Assembly: GCA_002633005.1 (NCBI GenBank)
Contig: NMRA01000039.1
Span: 117,225-181,224 of the forward strand
Direction: 5' to 3'
DNA length: 64,000 nt
Source: Phoronis australis
Lineage: Eukaryota; Animalia; Phoronida
Shown: piece by piece, positions 35,685 to 50,600 of the stretch
Layout: each line of letters starts with the position of its first letter
Position numbering within the stretch: position 1 is the first letter of the stretch
Position numbers and translations under genes: made by a program
Notes under the pieces: generated by a model
Told to the model about the DNA's origin: nothing
Seen by the model: only the letters and a program-made list of their open reading frames with translations
Databases searched by the model: none

Positions 35685-38600
35685 GTAAGTATTTGTCGGT
35701 AACCGTTTGATGTGCGTCCAAGGTGCTACCTTTATTCTTATTTCCAACCAAGAAGCAACAAAGGAAACAACTGTAACTTCCCACATGCGATAACCATGCG
35801 ACGCGTTTACGCCCGTCGCATGGATCTCGCAAGTTAAACAGTATCTTGCGAAATCCATGCGCCGTCATTTGGCATGGGCTATTAGTGAGATAACGCTATT
35901 TTCCCGTTTTTGTATCTGAAGTTGACAACGGATACTGACGACATTTGGACAGATGCGACTGCCAGTATGCCAAATAATTGTGTATTACACTAGACGACAC
36001 CACCTTCTCAATTCCGATGGGCTTCATACACTCTGCGCCATCTAATGGCTATTATATCATACTGAAAACACACATAGAAGCAAACCGTTTTCAGTTCACT
36101 CGTCGGCACAGCTGAACACTCCTTCCATTCTCGGGTAAATTTTTTCAGATAATTGTCCTATAGCCCGCCATGCAAAAGGTGAACATTTAAAAACGCCCTC
36201 TAACAGACTTTTAGAGACCACTGCACAAAGCACACTATCTAAAAGTTTCATATCCGGATTGGCAATTTCTGAGATGTGATTTTAGTTAAAATTGGATATG
36301 TTTCTAGGCTGCTACGTAACATTATTAATATGCAACTTGAAAACAGATTGCGAGTTAAGCGATTTACCCAAGTGGTTGTGAATGTATGTAGCCTGTATTA
36401 CTGTCCACGCCTCATATGACAACTGAATCATACTAGGGATGGGCTCCTCAGAACTTAGTGATGACACTACAATGCAGTATAAATGTATAGTATTGTAACA
36501 TCGAGTAGTTGGAGAGAGTGATTGTGCTTAAAGGTGCAATGTTTTTATGTCGTCCGATCAGGCAGACGCCGCCTCCTGTCCGAAAAGAAGAAAGATGCCC
36601 AAGTAAATCTAGGAACATGTCTATTCCTTTTCTCACTGGAACCTATTGTAGAGTGAACGCTCGTCCTCATGTGGTCCACATTTCTGACTTCTCACCGTGA
36701 GACTGTCAGATTCCATGACGTAGCTTGGGTCTTGCAGTTTATAGTGTTGGCACGTGATTGGTCAGAATATTAGCATTTGACATACATGTACATGTATTGA
36801 GTAGTTGACGCGGCAGTTACAAAGGCTTTGAAATGTTGGTTTAAAGGTTATCAATGACTCTCATTTTTTAATGAAAAACATTGGCTACGATTACTAATGT
36901 TTCCCTTTTCACGAGCCATGTGCGTTGTTGGCGGTCCATGTATGCCTAAATATTATGTCTAAGGCATTTCTAACATCCCCAAGGAAATGCTCCAACTTTG
37001 TAATTGTCACACTTGTTTTCTGTTTCAGAAGCTTTTACTGACTGGGTATTTTATTACAATTTTTGGTGAGTACCTTCATTGTACACGTACAGTAATGTTT
37101 ATCGTCCCTCATTCTTACGCACCGTAGTTAATAGTTGAACCTGCTCAAAATTGCTACGTCGCCTTGCTGACATTTCTCCTTGACGTAGATACCAACGTTA
37201 AAGTAATCGATGAACTCCATTCTGTCAACGATTTTGTCATGGTTATTTTAGAGCAATAACCAGTCACAAGATCAAAACGAAAGACTTCCATTGCAACACA
37301 TGAACGAAAACTCTATTTGTCATAGATGCCGTGCCATGAGGCTTTAAATGCGTCTTCTGGGACAGTCCTATCAAGGGTCCAGCCTTGGCTGTGATGGTCG
37401 TGACCTGGATTTTAATTTGCGCACAGATTGTTACAGGGCTGTAGGAAGCAGGGGGGCAGGAGTCTCCCACAAAAAATTTCAAGCGTCAGGGTTAAACCGT
37501 GGCAATCGACATAAGCGTGGGGCCGAGGACAACAGAGAAAAGAAAGACTGCGAAATACGGATAAGAGAGAAAATTCTAAGAGAAAATTTAACAGCACTGC
37601 TTGGTTTACCTTTTAAGGACCCTGGCCAGGACATTGTTAGGGTCTCCGCTTTTGCAGCACAGGACGTCTAAACGCACTTGAAAATGTGCACGTAATCATT
37701 CATACTCATGCATTTATTTCGAAAAATCGAGAAAATTTGTAAAGTGAAGCTCTTGCGGAGCATACTAATTTAATGGATTTTTAAATTCAATAAGTCAGTT
37801 TTTCGAGTGCAAAACTATATTTTTTCAGAGGCCCCTCTCTGGCAAGGGATAACGGAGACAACATTCCCTTTATTTTTTTGTCAAAACTGTATATCATTTG
37901 AGAAAAATTGATAACCTGACAGATAACATCAACTGCGGCGCATTTCCTGATTTTCAAAAAAATAGATATTTTCATATTTAGGAGCCCTGCCCTTGAAGGA
38001 GAGCACTGATAATATTCAAGTGGCCACCTTTTTGTGTTTTTATTAACAAATTCTAAAGGGGCAGCACACGGAGAGAGAGCCTTATGTTGAAATCGATTAC
38101 CTCCATTTTGCTACTTTTTGTGAAATCGTGCAACCGGCTTTCATAAGGTCACTTCCTGCATCGTTTTGTGACAACACGACGGTAGAATGAACTGTCACTC
38201 GTTTTCCAAGCTTAATGATGTTTAGAACTTCCTCTTAAGGTGTCCCATTTCAGACGTGACCCTCTCTCGGTGAGGAAAATGTCCCTTTGTCCTTCTATAC
38301 ATGTAAATCCGACACAACCAAGAATTCACGAGGGAATTTGAGATTCCAAATTCATCAAAAAATACAAAACATTGGTGCCCAGCACAGCAGTATCAATACA
38401 TTCGAACCAAACAACCAAAAATGTGAACAAAATACATGTACCTGTACAATAGGATTGACCGCCATCAAAAGGGTGGAATTTTGAACAACGTGAAGACCAC
38501 TGTTTGTGAATTACACAAAAGGACTATTTCCGGTGGTTAGTTATAAAATAAAGTTACTGTTTCCCATAGTATCACAAGAATGGTATTTCTTTTGAAGGGA

Positions 38601-41600
38601 CCTTTTACTAAAAAAACGGGGATTAAGAAAAAAACGGGGTACTACGATCAGAGATATAAATTGAACATTCCCGCCGAATTCCTGCCTTTTTTCCTTTTTA
38701 TTGGACTTTTTACTCGTTTTTCTCGGACTTTCTGTTTCTCTGAGAAGAGCCTTTTTGCCCACTTCGCCAAATGGGGGAGGAGCTCGTGTGAGCCTCCCTT
38801 GGTGCGTGCATGGTTACTATGATTTGCTCGTAAAGAATTTCCCCATGTGGAAAACACTGCTGTCTATGCTACTGTTTCTGATGACCGCGTACATGTCGAA
38901 AGGGGGTACTCAAAGAACTCTCGCATTCATAAACAATGAATTCAACGTTTTTTGTCAGTGGAGTTCAAATTTACCTCGTGACCGTTATAGGCACATGTAC
39001 CTCTGAAATGAACAAAAATATACCTCAATACGAATACCCCATCTCTCATGTTCCCCCGGTTACCCGTTAAAAATCTTCGAGCATGCCTGCGGAAATTGCT
39101 TATAACATTTCGTTTTGATAAACAAATTCGTTGGTTTCTATTTTACTTGTTTAAGTACCTACGAAAATCAATAGATTCATAGGTGATTTTTGACAATTAG
39201 AAGCTAATCTTCTAAGAAATGATATTTCAGTGAATTTAATTGCAGCCTGGAGTTGGAAAAACTCTGTAATCCCATCCTCAAATAGTAAAGTACACTTAGA
39301 AGATGTTTGCCTATCTAAAATAACTCTTAAAGACATTGATGAAATTCAGACTCACAAACCGTAGGTCGAAAAAAGTTTCAAAAGTCCTTAAATAAATAAA
39401 ATTAAACTCATTACTTGGAGAGGTTTGTACTTCCTTGGTGCTTTTATTTTATCGTAGCATTGAGCAGTGGCGGGGGGCCAAGGAGGCCATGCCCCCTTTN
39501 TACTTTGTCCTGCCCCCCCCCCCGAAGTCAAAGTCCTGAATCCGCCCCTGTTGAGCAATGGATTTTGGTTCTTCAAAACTGAATTGTTTGCTTACCTGAT
39601 TCCCGTGCACGTCATGACTGACGCACCCACGTTAAAATATGATATAACCATGCAGTAGGTCCGCGCAGAATCTCAGGGATCCACAAGAACTGAACTTCAG
39701 GCGTTAAAGTGTGTACATTTTTGGGAAACACTCTGTATCATTTTCCCCAACCACCAGAAACTGGACAGCCGGTCGTGTTTCAACGACAGATTTTGAAACA
39801 TCCCCAAGGGCACTATACCAGTACCTCGGTACCTCACCTTTTTAAAAATCTCCTTTAAAGAATGACCATAATAAAATAAAGTTTTCCCGATGCTGTATAA
39901 CAATAAAATAAATCATGACTTTAGAGCCAGTGCGGAGGGCCGGCACAAGCTGTCTGTCTCGAGTGAATCATGGCTAAGTCGACCAGCAACTAGCTTTAGT
40001 TCATCGGGAATTTCGTATTTTCACACTGTTAGATCACAGCTATATAGCTACTTGAGGCAGCTCTTCGTTACATGTTAGTTTACTGGTCTTAGGCCTATTC
40101 TTACTCTCCATGTTGTTTCACGGTTACTGGCTGCATCCCACCTAGAGCAGACGTAGAAGATTCGGTACAAATATGGTGGCACCGGGAGCACGGGGATATC
40201 GGAGTTGGTGGCGATGGGGGGGAGTGTTTTGGCGAAATCGAAATGGTTTGTGCCGNCCCCCCCCCCCCCCCACCCAATAACTTTTGCCTTCCTACGGGTC
40301 TGTCTTAACGTAGCTCGGTAAGACAGTCGTCAAGTCTGAACGTGAATATTCATCAAATCTAACGTTTTCCATCTTCTAAAAGAACGAACTGCCCCAGGTT
40401 TAGAGGTGAAATACCAACTGCTATATAATGGTCCGATGTAACTGGTTCTTTAACATCTTGAACAGCTTCTAGTCTTCGAATTTTATCTCTTTCAGTGTCG
40501 TTTGGGTGTGGTTGCCCTCCAGGTTGGGGATACTACGATGGTACGGACTCTTGTATTCTATCATCTGAAACAACTCAAGATTACACACAATCGCTAGAGC
40601 TGTGCCGTTCCATGAACGCTGAAATCGCCACCGTGACTGACATCTATGAACAGATATTTTATAAAGAATAGTAAGTTTTTTCCATGTGGTCCAAAAAATA
40701 TAACAATTCGAGACAGTCGTGTCGAGAAATCTGGCATTCTGTTGGAACTATTTAAACAGCTTATTGAAGGAAGCGGCTTGGAGTGTAGTATGGCTAAGGG
40801 AAGATTTTAAGGTATGGACCCAGAAATAAACGTATAGGTTCATACAGTACAACTTGTAACAGGATTAAAAGTGCGACCCACAATCTAACCGTTCCTCGCT
40901 CTTGCTGTCATGTTAATTCATTAATACCAAAAAATGTGCTAGCGTCCTTAGACACGGACTACGTTGATACAGTGTACAAGAGTCGTTCTGACAAAAACGT
41001 GCCACTTTTGGCTAGGTGACTCACAGGAGAAATATTCGCAGACGCCACAGACAAATTTCGTCTATTAGTGAAAAGTTGTCTAAAGTTGGCAAGAATCTAT
41101 CAGGTTTGTTTTTATGCGCCCACATGTTAACAAGTGGGCATATTTTACATGTACCTTCATTTCCATCCGTCCGTGCGTCCGTCATCCGCTGCTCTTTCCC
41201 CAAAACGTTCGATATATGTCCATGCTATTTTGCAGATACATGTATGTTCCTCTCGTGTATGGGACGGCTTCAACTAACTTTCGAGCGGGGCCATGCACCT
41301 AGAGGCAATTTTATTTTCTTTATGTTTACCACTGCATCTTCGTAAGTCTTCCAACGTATATTCATAAAAAATACCAAATAGGTATCCATTAGTAATATGC
41401 CACATCTTTTTGTTTTCGGATGGGGTATTTTGCGCTACCTAGTGGCCATTTTTACTGTTTTTGAGTCTGTGTTTGCGTCAGCACCTGTATCAAACAAACC
41501 GCTATAAGGATGATTTTGAAAATTGGCAAACATGTTCCTACTGCAAAGAGGGCGGCTGACGATAGCTTTGAACGACCTCAATCACTGTGGCGCCTCCTAA

Positions 41601-44600
41601 AAGTAATTCTTTCTTGCGTCCATTGGTGTATCTCCTAAATCCTCTGCAGGATCGTCATTACATTTATCAAGTGTATCATATGGAGTTGACAACGGACTAC
41701 GACGTCTTTCAGACGGATCCGACGAACCCTGTTTCCTTAGTGGCAATTTCATTATTTCTCTTTTTCCTCCGTTCTTCAGAAATTCGATGAAATTTATAGT
41801 ACTAATGAACACCCCCATAAAGCACAGCGTTTCTTGTATATGTTGGTGCATTCGCAATCCCTGCGCCCTGTAGGTTGGCTTTTACAATTGTCTGAGGAGG
41901 TTTGCTCCGCCAGCATTGAACGAATTGGCAGACGGATACGACTGACGTTGTTCCCCCTCTTGGCAACTTTATTTTGTAAGTTTGTTTGTTTGTTAATTTG
42001 TTTGTTTATTGGTTTGTTTTGCCTCGGTATCTTTGGAATTCCTTTGCCGATTTTCATGGAACATAGTAAATAGCCTTCTCTTTTTCGGATCCTTTCGATG
42101 TACTTTGTGTATTTTTCGACTGCGGCTGTATCTCATGAAAACCTTGGTAATTTGACTGGAGGATTTCTTGGAAAATGGCAACGGATGACAACGACTTCCG
42201 CATGGTTCCAACTACCTTTGGCCGCCTAGTGGCAAACCCTGGCTCACTCCTCTGGGATCAGTCCATGAAAAGTGGCCTCAGTTTTAAGTCAGAAATTTGG
42301 GTTCACGTTTCACACAATTATGTTTGAAAAGTAATTAAAGGCAAGTTGAACAAAAAATAAAGACTCTGAAAATAAATGTTAGTTACCGAGGCAATTCTAC
42401 AGATCACTTATACTGTAGACTGTGAAGCGCTCATAGTTTGGCTAATGCCTTATACACATTTTAGCAATTGTGAAGTCAGGAGCGCAAGACAAAATTTTTG
42501 TCTTAAGTCTTAAGTCACCTTATCATAAAACATTGCGAGTTTATCACGATTGTAATAAGGATTTGTGTTGATAACGTGCTTCTATTCAATAAAGCATGGT
42601 TGATCGGAAGACCGCTTAAAGGCGAAGGCAACCTTTTTCCATGTCATTTTGAGCTAAAATAAGGTTGGTTGGTTATCCTAGACATATTTTCCACTTAATT
42701 ACAGCTTTTCGTAATTTTATAAATTACTCGTCCGCTACTCCGGAAGTGAAGTTTTAGGAGGCAAGCGTTTCCCGCCACTTGGTTTTGCGTTGACTTTACC
42801 GTGCGAATCTGTTCTATTCTACTTTTGTTTTGTGCTCTTTTTCAACAATTGTCGCCACCACTTTCCATAGGCGAGTATTCTGCGGCAAGATAGGTTAGTA
42901 GAGAACTCAACTACGTTGGATTTAGGGATTGTTTAGTGTGTTGTAAGATGAAAATGGCTGGAGTCGGTGACCCGTATTACAATGACTGTAGTGGGAGTGA
43001 CGGAGACCTTGTTCACAGCAGTGGTGACGAGGAATATTTTCACGGACATTCAGTGGGTGGGTACATGTTTGAGTATAACGAGGCAGAGTACATACAGGCA
43101 CAGGTAGCTGTTGATAGAAACGAGGCGGCTACTGAGGACAGACGTGGTGACACATTTTGGTGCAAATGCACTGTGTGCGTTGTTATGCCAACCTCAATGG
43201 AATGCTTGTGCTATTCAGAGTTCGACGAGGCCAAGCCACTACTGGACATGGTTAAGTGGACCTCCGGCATACCACGGACAGAGGAACAACTGTCCCGCTT
43301 GCCAGAGTGTCCCGCGACACACTCCCACTGGATGGTGACCTGAGCATCCAAACTGCTTACAACGTGTCGTGTGACTCCCTCGCCACACACCTGGCACCTT
43401 CTAAATAGCTCCAACACTTTTATTTGGACAAGTCCACAACAAACTTATCAAAGTTTGGCTCACCGATCTGTTCACTGGACGACGAACTGTCCTCTTCACT
43501 GGGTGTCGAACTGAGCCTGTAATCACTCCCACTACTCAATATCAGCAGGGCTGCTTAGAGGTTCTGGGCTGGAGAAAACAGCACAGGGCGAATCACTACT
43601 GGTTCCAGGAATTGCACGCTGTGGGGTACGTTTGGAGGCACGGGTGACAGTAGATTAAGTGCCTCCACTGGATCCAGTCATTGTACTGGCCACAGCTCGC
43701 GAGGCTTCTCGCTTCAAAAACGCACTTCTCGGGGGTGGCGACGGGGCACTGCCAGGAATTAACACAGACGAAATGGCATCCTTCTTCAGACGTTGTTTCA
43801 CAGGGACCTTCATCAGTTCAGCGTACAAATCCCTTTCGTAATCGGACAGCAGAAAGTGCTTGCCACACACACGGTAATTCTCCACTGCTTTGTACGTTGC
43901 GTTGACGGGTAACGCTGCGTTCTTCACACGAACGAGCCAAGTACGGCGAAATGTGTCATCCATCGGAAAGCGATGCAAAGGTACTCCCAAAGCGCGCGTG
44001 AGCCGATAATTAGTACATCCTGGTACGCAGCAACAGTGTGGCATGTTGACTGACTAGTAAATGAAAGCAAACGACGACGAACTTAACACAACCGAGGTAC
44101 AGTGTAGAACAATGACTGACTCGGCAGCTCTCACAGTCAGACCATATGAAAAGAAATTGGCGCGAAATGCTTGCCTCCTAAAACGTCACTTCCGGAGTAG
44201 CGGACGAGTAATTAATAAAATTACGAAAAGCTGTAATTAAGTGGAAAATATGTCTAGGATAACCAACCAACCTTATTTTAGCTCAAAATGACATGGAAAA
44301 GGGTTGCCTTCGCCTTTAAAATACAGTGATACCTATCTGTGCATAGGGACACTACATGTACACATACCACAGGCATGAACTCTCCTGTCGATGAGCGTCA
44401 GGAGGCTTGACAATTTACCGACATTTCTCTAACGTAATTTGTAATCTGTTCATTACAAAGAACAATAGTTAATGGTATAATCCTTTGTTGCATGTAAGGA
44501 ATGAAGTACTCGGTGTCGCAGGTCTCGCTGATCAACGGGCGTATTTTCTCTTTCTGGAATGAGTGACAAGATGATGCTAATTTTGCTTCCAGGCTCACAT

Positions 44601-47600
44601 TTGTGATTCGCTTTCTTTCAGTTTATACTCTATAAGAAATGATGAATTCCACTTCATCGGATCATCCAACGCATCGCCTTACTGGATAGACGGTACCTTG
44701 ATAACAAAGCAAGAATACCTAACGGCCCCTGGGCACGCGATTGTGTTTTCAAGGTTTGAAGCTAAGCAAGTTGAAATGACTGCAAGGAACAAAGCTTTGT
44801 GCAAAATGCCCGAAGGTACGTACATTAAGACAGCTGATACTGTAACATTTACAATATATCCAGCCAGCACAACCGTGGTGCACTCGTCCCACAGATCCAC
44901 AAAGGTGACTGAAACTGCGCATGTGCACGTATTATGCTGCCATCGTGTCGCCGTTTTACAGCAAAGTGATGTTTACTCTCCACCAGTAACGTTTGAACGT
45001 TGCACAGAGAATTGTATTTTATCACTGAAGAAAATTGAAATGAGCCACCCTGCGATATATCGTTATTTTTTGTCCGTCTCAGCTCCGAGATGTTCATAAG
45101 TATGTTCCTAATGGTTATATGTAAATCATGGTCAACCATAAAGCACATGTACATATTACATCCTCGAGAGTATAAACTTAATTTCGGTTTGTGACGCTAC
45201 GACTTTTCCTCATATTTGTATTGGCGTAAATCACGGGAGAGTAATTACGCCGAGCCAAAGAATGTTCATTTCCACTTCTTGTTCATTTACTGCTTCGATA
45301 TGCCATCGAGAATAGTCCAAATAAATTGTGCTTAAGTATTCCTGTACCTGTTTCGTCATTGATATTCACTATGTAGGCTTAGCCTAATTACAAATGCTCC
45401 TATTTTTAATGGGATTGTGAGCAGAAAGCAATCATCTCTATGGTCTTTTGAAAGTGATTTTTTAGTCAATTTTCCATCTTTAACGAATACTGGAACTGCA
45501 GCTGGCTACGTTAAAAACAAGCAAATTACGCCACATCTGCAATTTTTAGTCCAAAGCCACCGTATGCATGGGATTATTAAGAACTGGGAGACAATGCATT
45601 CAAACTGATAAAACTCTAGCAATCAGGAGAATATGGATATCGATCAGCCTGAAGAGTACCTGAACTTCCTGCTGAATTTCAACGTCCCGCTTGCAAGTAG
45701 TAAAGTCTTAAGAAAAGTCCAGACCAGGTCAGCTGGGTCATGGGGTCAACATCTGACAAATTTTCACTCAAAAGTGATTCAAAATCAGTCCCTATCAAAA
45801 GCTCAATCAACACCGCAGCCGCCAATTTATAATGAAATTGAAGGAGGCGAAGTCGACTGTGGCTCAAGTTAGCTATATTGAGTGCCACCTTTGAAGCCCA
45901 TGAATTTCATGAGTGTATGCATGTATACGTTTACTCAAGTGTTTATGGCGTCCGTGTGCTTGTACTAGACTATACAGTAAGAGGTGCTTGTGATCTGTAT
46001 AATCCGATAGACTAAATTATAGGACATGCTCATTTGAGTGCACTCAGGGTTGATACACTGTACATGTATCTTTCGTTCCTGTTTAATGTCGGTTCTAAAT
46101 TAATTGTTTCGTTTCATGATACAACCATGCCACTTTACCGACAGTGTACTGCCCACCTCCGCCCGTCTATCCTACCGCGATCCTGCACGGTACAGGTAAT
46201 GCTTCTTATAGCATCCGAACATTCAGTTGCCTCGATGGACTGGACTTTTACGACGGTAGTTTTGCAATACATTGCCAACTAGACAAAACTTGGAACGACA
46301 CAGGACTACAATGCAAAAACATCACAAGTCCTGAAGGTAAGGGGAACGCCTGAGCTAATGCTCGGTGTGCCTGGGGCGTTTTTTGAGACGGGTGCGATGA
46401 ACAACCATGTCTTGTTTAATTCTCTGTACGTGCATTTTAATTAAGTTTCCGTTATTGGATGGCGTCCGGTTTGCTGCAGCCATAGTACATGTAAATGGAC
46501 TGCAACTACGTAAACTTTCAATGGACGAAATCTGTGGTCTTACGGAAGCAATGGCGTCGTAATTAGCGACACCTGGCCAAATTATCTGGTTTTATTTCCG
46601 TCAAGTACGTCGTCTGCTAGTCATGGTCGGCTGTGGAGTCGTCACAATACATTAACCGGAAACTGAAACAGATAATTTAGGAGAGTAGCGCCTCATCTAG
46701 GACACTACGCAAGAAAATGTCTGAGTGTCGCATCTGTTGTCTGTAATCTATGCTGCAACCAATAGTGCCAGCCTTGTAATTTTTATGCGCCCACATATTT
46801 ATATGTGGACGCATTATGCCGTCAAGTAGAAATATGTTTCTGGCATTCTAATGCTGTGCTAATCTCGTATGTTGGTATTTTTTTTTATTCTGTTTCTGTG
46901 GTGCTTTAAGCAACTGATGTATAGGATGTGCTTGTATTATGAAGATTACTCACATTTTGCCCCTAGCCTATTGAGGAGACAATAACCATGCCTTTCCATT
47001 TTGCTAAGCACAACATACTACATATATGCTCTCTACTGGCCACTTTGTGGTACCAATAAACAACCCTAGAAGGATACCGTATGCGGTGCAATTGTGGGCG
47101 CATTTCAACGCTCTGCGTTGCTCTTGTTGTAAATGAATGCAGATTAATTGAGATTTCTGTTTTCTGTTTCGGTTGTTGAAAATTTGTTTATCGACCCGGT
47201 ATCTAACCGAAGTCGAAATTGTTATGCGCCGACATATTTATATGCGGTCGCATATTGCCGTCATCTCTGTCTGGGCGTCCGGGCGTCCGGCGTCCGCGGC
47301 TGTATCTCCCAAACCCCTTGCAGGATTGCATTGAAATTTTTTTGAGTGTGTTCCTATAGGGACCGACCCGAATACCACTGTACCCCCAGTGATAAATTTA
47401 TTTTTTTACGTTTGCCTCAGTATCTTCAAAGGTCCTCAACCGATTTTCGTGAAATTGAGTACATAGGCATGTATCAATGAGTTGACGCTATCCTCTTGTT
47501 TTCGGATGGAATTCGAGGCATTTACGCTATCTAGTGGCCAGTTTTACTGTTTTCGAGTCATTGTTTTGGCGTCCACCCCTCTGACAACCATACCACTTTA

Positions 47601-50600
47601 AAGATGATTGTGAAAATTGGCATGTATGTTCTTACTAGGAGGAAGACTGTTGACAATGAATTTTCGACGACTTCGACTACTGTGGCGCCTCCTAGTGGCA
47701 GTTTTGTTTGTTTTTGCGCCCATGCCTGTATCTCCTAAACTTTCTACATGATCTTTATTTAATTTAGCAAATATATTTAGTATGAAGGTGACAACGGATG
47801 ACGACGACTTTCGGACAGATCGTTGTATCGGTGTGCCCCCTAGTGTCAGTTTTATTTTTTTACGGTTACCTCTGTATCTTCAAAGGTCCTCAACAGATTT
47901 CCATAAAATTTGGCACATGGACATCTAATAGTGAGATAACGCTATCCTCCCGTTTTCGGATGGATTCGTAGTTTGCGCCACCTAGTGGCCATTTTTGTTG
48001 TTTTCGAGTCTGTTTTTGGTGTCCGTCCCTCTGTCAACCAAACCACTCTCAGGATGATTGTGAAAGTTGGCATGTATGTTCTTCCTATGAAGGGGATGGT
48101 TGACGATGATTTTTCGATGACTTCGAGTACTGTAATGCCTCCTAGTGGCGTTTTTTTTTGCAGCCATACCTGTATCTCCTAAGCCCTCTGCAGGATCTTT
48201 ATTAAATTTAGCACGTGTATTTATATGAAGTTAACAAGAGAAGACAACGACTTTTAGACGGAACCGACAAACACTGTGCACCCCTCGAGGCAATTTCTTT
48301 TTTTTTGTTTTCCTATGTTTCTCTGAAGTTCCTCCACGAACTTTAATGAAATTTGGTAAATGGCTTTCTTTCAAAGAAACAACGACATTGTCTGGTTTTC
48401 AGACGGATTCAATGTATGTTGCACCATATAGTGGCCATTTCGATGATACAAACAAAACCCCCAAAAAGCACACCATTTGCGATGCATTCGTTGGCGCATT
48501 TCAACGCTCCGCGTTGCTCTTGTTTTGTAAAGTTTTCCATTCTACTTCAGTATTAACTCAGAGTAATTGTTTAGTATTCTGGGCTTGAGTACATTATTGT
48601 TTACATGGATAACTGTGTAATCCTAGGGGGTTCGACATGTGCGAATTTTGGGTTTTACATTAATTTGTTTAGGTAATCTATTCCATACTCAAGCTCAGAC
48701 TAATAAATATTAAGTTCTTGTTAAAGGAAAACGGCATGAGGCAAAATATATATTTTCGAGTTTGCCAAGGAGTAGAAAGGCTACATCCAGGATCCAGTTG
48801 TAATTTTTCATCTTATTTTATTTTCATTCATGTTTCTTTTTGCCACGCGATTCTGCTACACGTGTCCTTAAAGGGAAAACGTACTTTAGAGCTTACAAAA
48901 GTTTTATAACAGATAACGTTTCAGTTTAACCATCATTTTTCCATAGCAGCAGTGCCGTATGAATTCGATCTTTTTCAGCGTTTGCTTCTTGTGCCAACGG
49001 CAAAGTCATGTTCAGAACCTTTCATCGTCAGAACGAAGCAGTCTACAGCATAGTGCGTGTAGAGGGCGCTGGCAACGATGAAAACTGCGTCACTCGATCA
49101 GTGGAATACACTTCTCAACAGTTCGTCCTTGATATTACACCACCAGCTTGTGGCATCAATGTGGTAAAGATAAATAAGCCGCTCATTACATCCAGTCATT
49201 TTAAGCTACATCTACATGTACAGAATTCTGCTTCATTGTACGATGCACTATTATTAGGCGAAATTCTGAGTGAAATCGTTTTGTGATTATGAGGATTCAA
49301 CTTACGTGTGTATGTGTTTTTAACGTTGCGTAGGTTTTCTCAGCGTGTTTCTATTTTGTGGTGAACGAACTGTAGACTTTTGCTTTACGGTGTACTTCAT
49401 TTGCTTCTCATTTACTTACATTCAATGTAAAGCTTCGGGCATTGTTTGAACTATATATTGGAACAGCTGGTATCATTTCTTTGATAAATTTTTGCTTGTG
49501 TCTATGATGATTTTTTAAATAAGCTTTTCAAAAGAGCCTACAATCAAGAAAATTAATGCCGACCAGACGTGTCTTTTTTTGATGCTTGAAGTTCCGTGAA
49601 TTTCCTCAGTTGTATGTTTTTTATGCGCCCACATATTTATATGTGGACGCATTATGCCGTCATCTCTGTCCGTCCGTCCGTCTGTCCGGCCGGCCGTCCG
49701 TCCGTCCGTCCGTCCGTCCGTCCGGGCGGCGTCCGGCGTCCGGCGTCCGCTGCTCTATCTCCAAAACCCTTTGACATACGTTCATGAAATTTGGCACATA
49801 AGTTCCATTCATGAATGGGACGGCATGTGCGAACTTTCGGACGGATCCGACTACCGGTGTGCCCTCTAGTGGCAATTACGCTTACCTTTGTATCTTCAAA
49901 AGTCCTGAACGGATTTTTCATGAAATTTGGTATATAGGCACCTATTAGTAAGATGACGCTATCGTGCCGTTTTCAGATGGATTCGACATAGTTTGCGCCA
50001 TCTAGTGGCCATTTTTAGTGTTTTCGAGTCTGCTTTTGTGCGTCCACCCCTCTATCAACCAAACAGCTCAAAGGATGATTGTGAAAATTGGCATGTATAT
50101 GCTTACTATGTAGAGGACGATTGACGATGATTTTCCGACGATTTCGACTACTGTGGCGCCTCCTAGTGGCAGTTTTGTTTTTTTGCGCCTATGGCTGTAT
50201 CTCCTAAACCGTTCGCAGGATCTTTACAAATTGTGTAAGTATATTTATATGATGTTAACAACGGAAGATGACGACTTTTGGTCGGATCCGACTACCGGTG
50301 TGCCCCCTAGTGGCAATTTTAGTTTTTTACGCTTACCTTTGTATCTTCAAAAGTATTGAACGGATTTTCATGAAATTTGGTATGTAGGCACCTATTAGTG
50401 AGATGACGCTATCCTACTGTTTTCAGATGGATTCGACGTAGTTTGCGCCACCTAGTGGCCATTTTTACTGTTTTCGAGTCTGTATTTTTGCGTCCACCCC
50501 TCTATCAACCAAACCGCTCAAAGGATGATTGTGAAAATTGGCGTGTATGTGCTTACTATAAGGAAGACAGCTGACAATGATTTTCAGACGATTTGGACTA

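Larger units (their letters stand above)
42620..44315. mobile_element. Internally deleted Kolobok DNA transposon
   Basis: TTAA TSDs (42616-42619, 44316-44319), AGG...CCT termini, about 155-bp near-perfect TIRs, and convergent KolX-like (+) and THAP-transposase (-) 5' fragments. Confidence 0.9.

Noticed and set aside
45633-45872. ORF MDIDQPEEYLNFLL...
   Set aside because: No recognisable motif or supporting splice context.
48947-48978. Upstream acceptor (ccatag|cagcag) for the ZP-N exon
   Set aside because: It is out of frame with the Cys-containing reading; the acceptor at 48978 fits phase 1.
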